Assembly: GCA_016214855.1 (NCBI GenBank) | Contig: JACRMT010000023.1 | Span: 19,509 to 83,508 of the forward strand | Direction: 5' to 3' | From: Nitrospirota bacterium | Lineage (GTDB): Bacteria; Nitrospirota; Thermodesulfovibrionia; Thermodesulfovibrionales; UBA6898 | DNA length: 64,000 nt | Shown: positions 59,214 to 64,000 of the stretch, one piece after another | How the letters are laid out: every line of letters begins with the position of its first letter | How positions within the stretch are numbered: position 1 is the first letter of the stretch | Position numbers and translations under genes: made by a program | Notes under the pieces: generated by a model | What the model was told of the DNA's origin: nothing | Databases searched by the model: none | What the model saw: the letters and a program-made list of their open reading frames with translations, nothing else

Positions 59214-59756
59214 GTGCTGAAGGCTTATTTTGAAAAGATGAAGGGTACGACCAAGAGCCCTCCCCGCGTCAGTCTATCGGAGATCGCCTGGTCCTGGCTC
59301 GGAGCGTTCCTCGGCATCGGATTTATATCTTTTGCCAATTACCATATTTTTGAAAAAATAGATCTGCTGATGATCGTGGGCTCCTTTGGCGCCTCTGCAG
59401 TGCTGATCTATGGAGCGATCAAGAGTCCTCTTGCGCAGCCAAGAAACCTCATAGGAGGCCATCTCTTTTCAGCGATCGCAGGTGTAGCATCATACCAGGT
59501 CTTTCACAGCCATATCTGGCTCGCAGCAGCAGTCGCTGTTGCCACGGCAATAGCGGTCATGCATGCAACGAAAACGCTCCATCCGCCGGGCGGTGCAACC
59601 GCGCTCATTGCGGTCATCGGAGGGGAGAAGATCCATAATCTCGGGTTCATGTATGCGATCTTCCCGGTTGGCGGAGGCGTGCTGATCATGCTGATCATCG
59701 CCCTGCTGGTGAATAACATCTCGAAGAACAGACGCTATCCGGAGTTCTGGCTTTAA
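59214..59756 (+). CDS. HPP family membrane protein
   Basis: It has four TM helices and the signature HPPGGATAL. It starts 1 nt after the stop of the CBS gene. Confidence 0.85.
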   Translation: MLKAYFEKMKGTTKSPPRVSLSEIAWSWLGAFLGIGFISFANYHIFEKIDLLMIVGSFGASAVLIYGAIKSPLAQPRNLIGGHLFSAIAGVASYQVFHSHIWLAAAVAVATAIAVMHATKTLHPPGGATALIAVIGGEKIHNLGFMYAIFPVGGGVLIMLIIALLVNNISKNRRYPEFWL

Positions 59757-59790
59757 TCGATACGTCAGCAGTGTTTTTCCAATCAGGCGA

Positions 59791-60126
59791 TCAGCTTCTC
59801 TCTGACTGCTGCAAGGCCCGGACAGCTTCACTGCAGGATCTGCAGGCGAGGAGTTTTGTTGTTATAGCATCAAGAGGATGATCGACCTTCTTACCTGACT
59901 TGTCTGCAAACAACGAGATCAGTTTCGCAGGACCATCCGTCACTCCCTCTGGCAGGCTGAATTCCCATACGGTCTTATAGGGAATGATACCAGCTAACAG
60001 TTTTATTACCTTGATGCTATGGACAGGGTGGTTTGCAACAGAGATGAGAATCCGTTCTCTGCTGTCAAACCTGATCTGACTAAAACAATGCCGGGCCGTG
60101 TTCTGATATGCAATAACCTTGCTCAT
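59791..60126 (-). CDS. Hypothetical protein (111 aa)
   Basis: Only an ORF of reasonable length is available as evidence. No family recognised. Confidence 0.4.
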   Translation of the reverse strand: MSKVIAYQNTARHCFSQIRFDSRERILISVANHPVHSIKVIKLLAGIIPYKTVWEFSLPEGVTDGPAKLISLFADKSGKKVDHPLDAITTKLLACRSCSEAVRALQQSERS

Positions 60127-60196
60127 CTATTATTTTATCAAAATCACCTGACATCTTCCAATCCCTAAGAACCTACGAAGCCATCAATAAAAACTG

Positions 60197-60703
60197 CTAC
60201 AGTTCGCAGATGCCGTCTTTCTGGCATCTGTCCTCTTTTGCCTTCTGATCGAGCCGCATCTTCTTCCGTGTGAGGGCCTCCTGGTTTCTCCGCCTCTCGT
60301 CGTCAGTTTCAAAGATCAGAGGAGGCACTGCCCGAGGCCTGCAGTTTTCGTCAAGGGCAACAAAGGTCAGATAGGCTGACGAGGTATGTCTGACCTCTCC
60401 GGTAATGAAGTTTTCTGCCTCCACCCTTACGCCGACCTCCATGGAAGTTCTGCCGGCCATGTTGATGCTCGCCTTCAGGAAGACCAGGTCTCCCACGAAG
60501 ACAGGATGGTGAAAATCAAGCCGGTCAAGAGAGGCGGTAACCGTGTTTGAGCGGGCATGCCTGCTTGCCACGACTGCGGCAGCCGTGTCAATGAGCTTCA
60601 TGATCACGCCTCCATGCACATTACCGGCCGGGTTCGCATCCTGGGGCAGCATCACCTGCGCCATGGTGACACTTGTTTCCCTGACTGTCTTACCGTTCGT
60701 CAC
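60197..60703 (-). CDS. Acyl-CoA thioesterase (hotdog fold, YciA-like)
   Basis: LPQDANPAGNVHGGVIMKLIDTAA...SLDRLDFHHPV.VGD fits the YciA/Acot-type pattern. Confidence 0.85.
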   Translation of the reverse strand: MTNGKTVRETSVTMAQVMLPQDANPAGNVHGGVIMKLIDTAAAVVASRHARSNTVTASLDRLDFHHPVFVGDLVFLKASINMAGRTSMEVGVRVEAENFITGEVRHTSSAYLTFVALDENCRPRAVPPLIFETDDERRRNQEALTRKKMRLDQKAKEDRCQKDGICEL

Positions 60704-61176
60704 TATTTCTTGTCCTTCTTTGGCCCAGCCGGTTTGATCGAAAATCTGCCGAAAGAAATGCCGAGGTCAATGCCTTTGCCTGTTCCGGCAAGAGCAAGAG
60801 AGACCTCTCCCTTAGTGAGCACCTGTGCACCGGCAGACTTTACAACTCCTGCATGCGCTTCTGCCTTTGCATAGGCGCCATAGAGCTCCGAGATATCAGA
60901 TACGCCGGAGAACGTGCCTGTACCTTTCAGGCTGGATTTCCCTGCCGTGAGTCCTCCGCCTTTTGTATCGATCACTACCTTTGCTGACTGTCCGTTGTCG
61001 CAGGTGATAGTGGCCGCTCCTGTGGCAGTCTGATAAATGGCTGACCATCCGCGAAGACTGAAATGCATCTTGCATTTCGTCTCAGCGGCTTCAGCCGCAG
61101 AACTGCCGAGGGACAACCCGGATCCGACAAATATCCAAAAAATTAAAAAAACGGGAAGAATCTTTCTTTTTATCAT
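60703..61176 (-). CDS. Secreted hypothetical protein (Gly/Ala/Lys-rich)
   Basis: I chose the ATG at 61176 after AAAGGAGA. The signal peptide is MIKRKILPVFLIFWIFVGSGLSLGSSAA. Confidence 0.55.
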   Translation of the reverse strand: MIKRKILPVFLIFWIFVGSGLSLGSSAAEAAETKCKMHFSLRGWSAIYQTATGAATITCDNGQSAKVVIDTKGGGLTAGKSSLKGTGTFSGVSDISELYGAYAKAEAHAGVVKSAGAQVLTKGEVSLALAGTGKGIDLGISFGRFSIKPAGPKKDKK

Positions 61177-61212
61177 GACATCTCCTTTCCTCAATAAAAT
61201 CGAGGGCAGCTT

Positions 61213-61467
61213 TCAGCCGGCCTGGCCGAAATTATTTATGAACTGGCCTACCTGCATACCGAGATAGACGCATTTTATGCCGTCCATGCATTCATCTGCA
61301 TCCTTTTTTTCGAGGTGCGTGGTGAGTTCATGGCTGCCCTTTTTAAACTTCAGTATATAGGCATTCTTTTCGCTGCTGAAATCGAGACTCGTTGATATTC
61401 CATACTTCTCGATCTCCGGAAACATCTCCATGATCTTATCTTTGAGCGCCACATTCGTATATCCCAT
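61213..61467 (-). CDS. Small hypothetical protein (84 aa)
   Basis: The ORF has the RBS GAAGGAGGAAAT. No family recognised. Confidence 0.5.
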   Translation of the reverse strand: MGYTNVALKDKIMEMFPEIEKYGISTSLDFSSEKNAYILKFKKGSHELTTHLEKKDADECMDGIKCVYLGMQVGQFINNFGQAG

Positions 61468-61493
61468 ATTTCCTCCTTCTCACTTCTCAAAAT

Positions 61494-61679
61494 TTATTCT
61501 TGCCAGCTGATCGCCTGAACAGGGCAGACATCGATCGCCTCCTGGCAATTGCAGGCAGCGCATTTTTCCGCACCAACAACCCACGCCTTGTCATCCCTCA
61601 TCTGAAAGACCTCAGGACAGATCTCCGGGCATGACCCGCAGCCGATGCATGCTTCATAGTCAACAACCGGTTTTTTCAT
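61494..61679 (-). CDS. Small ferredoxin (single-cluster type)
   Basis: 61 aa. [12 protein letters not shown] ... C..C.C......CP is typical of small [3Fe-4S]/[4Fe-4S] ferredoxins. The RBS is ACAGGAGG. Confidence 0.85.
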   Translation of the reverse strand: MKKPVVDYEACIGCGSCPEICPEVFQMRDDKAWVVGAEKCAACNCQEAIDVCPVQAISWQE

Positions 61680-61747
61680 GAGATATGCCTCCTGTAATTG
61701 TCAGTATATCACTGCAGCGCCAAAAACGATCCGTCTTTTTTGCATCA

Positions 61748-62662
61748 TCACCACCATCTCCAGAGGGAGATGATAAAAACGATCGAAAAGATAAGAAAAA
61801 GGTTCATGTAAGCAAAGAAGTAAAAGATCCTTATCTGGAGCGGTGTTTTCTTCTCAGCCCCCTGAATCAGCTTCCCAATAACAGGCATGTTGAGGATCTT
61901 GTCTTCCTGGTGCGGCGCTGTTTTCAGAACATCAGTCATGTCGATCCCCGCAGCATGCTTTCTGAAATGGCTGCCATCCTTCCAGAGTCTGCTTGCAGAG
62001 ACATCATAGATAGTGCCCTGATATGCCACATACGCAGGCCGCCCCTCTTTCCCGTCGAACGGTGAGAGCTGATCATGGGTAAGGTCCTGCGGGCTCTGTT
62101 TAAGTTCACTCTGTTTCTTCCTGCGCAGCCTCGGTCCCACAACAAAGGTAACAAATACGGCTGTTGATACCATTATGAGAAAGAGGATGACCTTGATCGT
62201 CAAAAGAATGCCGAACCGCGTATGGAAGAGCATCTGCCAGGTCGGCACCCGGGCGATCGAAAGAAGGGTGCCGGTCACTGCCATAATTATGATCGATCCC
62301 CAGCCGAGCATCAATTCTCCTCTGGGCAGTCCTCCTGCAGCATAGGCCGGCTTCAGGACAATATGAACATAGATAATGGTTCCGAACCAGACAATAGCTG
62401 TCATGGTATGGAGATAGCCAATGATGAACCGGATCACGTGCTGGGCCGGATTAAGCACCCGGTACTGTCCTTTTATCCTGAGATCATCCTTGAATGACTC
62501 TCCCTTCTGCGTGAGTTTTCCGCCGCCTGTGGGATCGACATGGCAGTCACTGCATATCCTGCCGGTCTGTCCCGCATACTCGGTAGTGCAGAAACCGCTT
62601 GTTGGAGAGAAGATAATAATAGACAGGAATATGAGCACCACTACATTACGACGGATTATCAT
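61748..62662 (-). CDS. Membrane protein combining an N-terminal CxxCH heme c motif, a 4-5 TM core and a cytochrome b5-like heme/steroid-binding domain
   Basis: The heme c motif region is TEYAGQTGRICSDCHVDPTGGGKLT, followed by TM helices. The b5-like part reads FDGKEGRPAYVAYQGTIYDVSASRLWKDGSHF..H.AG.D.T. A final TM helix closes the protein. Confidence 0.7.
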   Translation of the reverse strand: MIIRRNVVVLIFLSIIIFSPTSGFCTTEYAGQTGRICSDCHVDPTGGGKLTQKGESFKDDLRIKGQYRVLNPAQHVIRFIIGYLHTMTAIVWFGTIIYVHIVLKPAYAAGGLPRGELMLGWGSIIIMAVTGTLLSIARVPTWQMLFHTRFGILLTIKVILFLIMVSTAVFVTFVVGPRLRRKKQSELKQSPQDLTHDQLSPFDGKEGRPAYVAYQGTIYDVSASRLWKDGSHFRKHAAGIDMTDVLKTAPHQEDKILNMPVIGKLIQGAEKKTPLQIRIFYFFAYMNLFLIFSIVFIISLWRWW

Positions 62663-62721
62663 TCACCCTTATCTCCTCTGCATGACATATGCAAGCGTAT
62701 ATCTGATATCAGAGGCGAATT

Positions 62722-63987
62722 TCAGTCCCAGGAGAGAAGCCGTCTTTCTCCTGTCAGGGCACGTATTTCTGTCACATCCTGGCTCACCTCAAGGGTGCCG
62801 CGGTATTTGCCTTTTGTATCGCGCACGGCAAAATACCTGATCAGAATGAACCTGCCGCGCATCTGTATCCAGAAGTCAGCATCGTCTTTTTCCCCTCGTT
62901 TGAAGGCTTCGAGGATCTTTTCGACAATATCAACGCTCCTGGGCGGATGGCAGTTCTGGACCTTCCTGCCGATGATGCCGGGACTCCTCGGGAAAATACG
63001 GTCCTGCGTAGCAGAGTAATAGACCACTTCATCGTTTTCGTTCACAAATGATACATCAACCGGCAGATGGGTCAGCAAGAGATTTACCTGCTCAGGCGTG
63101 ATCTGGCCCGTATCAAGGTTAATGCTGCCAACCTTTTCTTCAGCGAGCGCCAACCCGGACATGCCGGATGGTACCCACTCATCCACCTTATCAAGCCAGG
63201 CAAAACCTATCTCCTCTTCGCCCTTTTTGACCTTGAACCAGTCCTCATCGCTCAGTGTTTCGAGCGCCATGGGATAGAGAATATGTTCTTCCTTGTAGAT
63301 CATGTCATTGATCATGGTAATAAGTGTCTTGATCTCCAGGTCTTTGACTGTCTTGTCAACTGCTCCTGCTTTTACATGTCTGAGCATGTCGCGTATGTCG
63401 TCATGAAGCGCCCACATGACCTTGGACGGTCCGGTAATGCCCTTTGTCTCAAGGATCGGAAAGAGCTGATTTTCCTTCCTTGCATAATGTTTTTCTATCG
63501 GAGAGAGCTTTTCGATAAGGTGCGGCAGGCCGGCCTTATCTTTGAGCCCTTCCAGCTCCTGCGTGATGGACTCAGTGTGACGGTTTTCGAGCATAAGGGT
63601 ATGGACAGGATGACCCACAGGCAGGCCGGGTAGGGTCTTTTTTTCAAGAGACTCCTTGAAGACCTCGACATGGACGCTGCAGAGCTGTTTCACCTCCTGC
63701 TCAGGCATGCCCTCGCTTATCAGTTTCTGCTCCATCTGAGCGATCTCATAGGGCGACACGTCCTTGATCAATTCCAGGAATCTCTTTTTCAGGATCCCGA
63801 TATCAACGCCCTTATGGATATCCCTGATGATCCCCTTCAGGATCTCTTCCCTGTTTTCAGGCGATGTTTCATCGCTCTTAATTGATATGATCTCGTTGGT
63901 CATCTTTCGGATCTCCCCGGCAATACCCTGCATGAGAGCATCGAGATCAACGCCGCCCACAAGGGCAGCCTGATTCAGCGTCGCCAT
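62722..63987 (-). CDS. DUF438 / hemerythrin-like / PAS domain protein
   Basis: The N-terminal DUF438-like part reads LKKRFLELIKDVSPYEIAQMEQKLI. The hemerythrin-type helices are HYARKENQLFPILE...MWALHDDIR. The C-terminal PAS domain is (FVNENDEVVYY...FWIQMRGRFILIRYFAVRD). Confidence 0.7.
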   Translation of the reverse strand: MATLNQAALVGGVDLDALMQGIAGEIRKMTNEIISIKSDETSPENREEILKGIIRDIHKGVDIGILKKRFLELIKDVSPYEIAQMEQKLISEGMPEQEVKQLCSVHVEVFKESLEKKTLPGLPVGHPVHTLMLENRHTESITQELEGLKDKAGLPHLIEKLSPIEKHYARKENQLFPILETKGITGPSKVMWALHDDIRDMLRHVKAGAVDKTVKDLEIKTLITMINDMIYKEEHILYPMALETLSDEDWFKVKKGEEEIGFAWLDKVDEWVPSGMSGLALAEEKVGSINLDTGQITPEQVNLLLTHLPVDVSFVNENDEVVYYSATQDRIFPRSPGIIGRKVQNCHPPRSVDIVEKILEAFKRGEKDDADFWIQMRGRFILIRYFAVRDTKGKYRGTLEVSQDVTEIRALTGERRLLSWD

Positions 63988-64000
63988 TCTGCCGAGGGTA

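Overview
This 64 kb window is bacterial chromosome, dense with genes on both strands and roughly 50% GC by eye. Gene content and repeat style suggest an anaerobic Nitrospirota- or Deltaproteobacteria-like organism, but taxonomy cannot be established from the sequence alone. All calls come from reading the supplied ORF translations and the DNA for motifs I recognise; no homology search was run.

Housekeeping blocks:
- nuoA-nuoB, the start of a complex I operon, at the left edge
- murA
- rpmH-rnpA-yidD-yidC-mnmE (rpmH is missing from the ORF track)
- yajC-secD-secF-recJ
- relA/spoT
- tsaC and purD-purE
- cell-wall genes: L,D-transpeptidase plus MepK-like peptidase, a lytic transglycosylase, and ampG with a DUF1460 amidase-like gene
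- two tRNA-Leu genes (GAG and CAG anticodons)

Observations most worth follow-up:
1. Positions 664-8770 form one translationally coupled operon. A periplasmic-sensing histidine kinase with CxxCH/Cx4CH motifs is followed by three intact receiver domains: one alone, one fused to a GcvH-like domain without the lipoyl lysine, and one fused to NuoE. These are followed by a HydB-type NuoF and a NuoG-like subunit with a degenerate molybdopterin site. The operon is divergent from nuoAB.
2. The 16-bp palindrome TATGAT-N4-ATCATA occurs three times, plus one degenerate copy. Each copy lies exactly 21 nt from a TAnnnT hexamer, which is class II CRP/FNR geometry. The copies sit in front of norCB and a divergent CBS-HPP pair, a NapH-like polyferredoxin, and a Cys-rich protein, so together they outline a putative nitrogen-oxide or anaerobic regulon.
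3. The nor neighbourhood itself (55-64 kb) contains a NorC fused to a second cytochrome c domain, no norQ or norD, and a leader hairpin with a T-tract. It also holds a cytochrome c / membrane / cytochrome b5 fusion protein and a DUF438-hemerythrin-PAS protein.
4. A family of 7-nt tandem repeats occupies several intergenic regions. One in-frame copy expands recJ just after its DHH motif.
5. Several decayed or interrupted genes are present:
   - a membrane protein split by an in-frame TAG
   - a Doc toxin frame with two in-frame TAA codons
   - radC with an in-frame internal deletion
   - a frameshifted Bro-N fragment

No CRISPR array, transposase, integrase or rRNA gene was seen.
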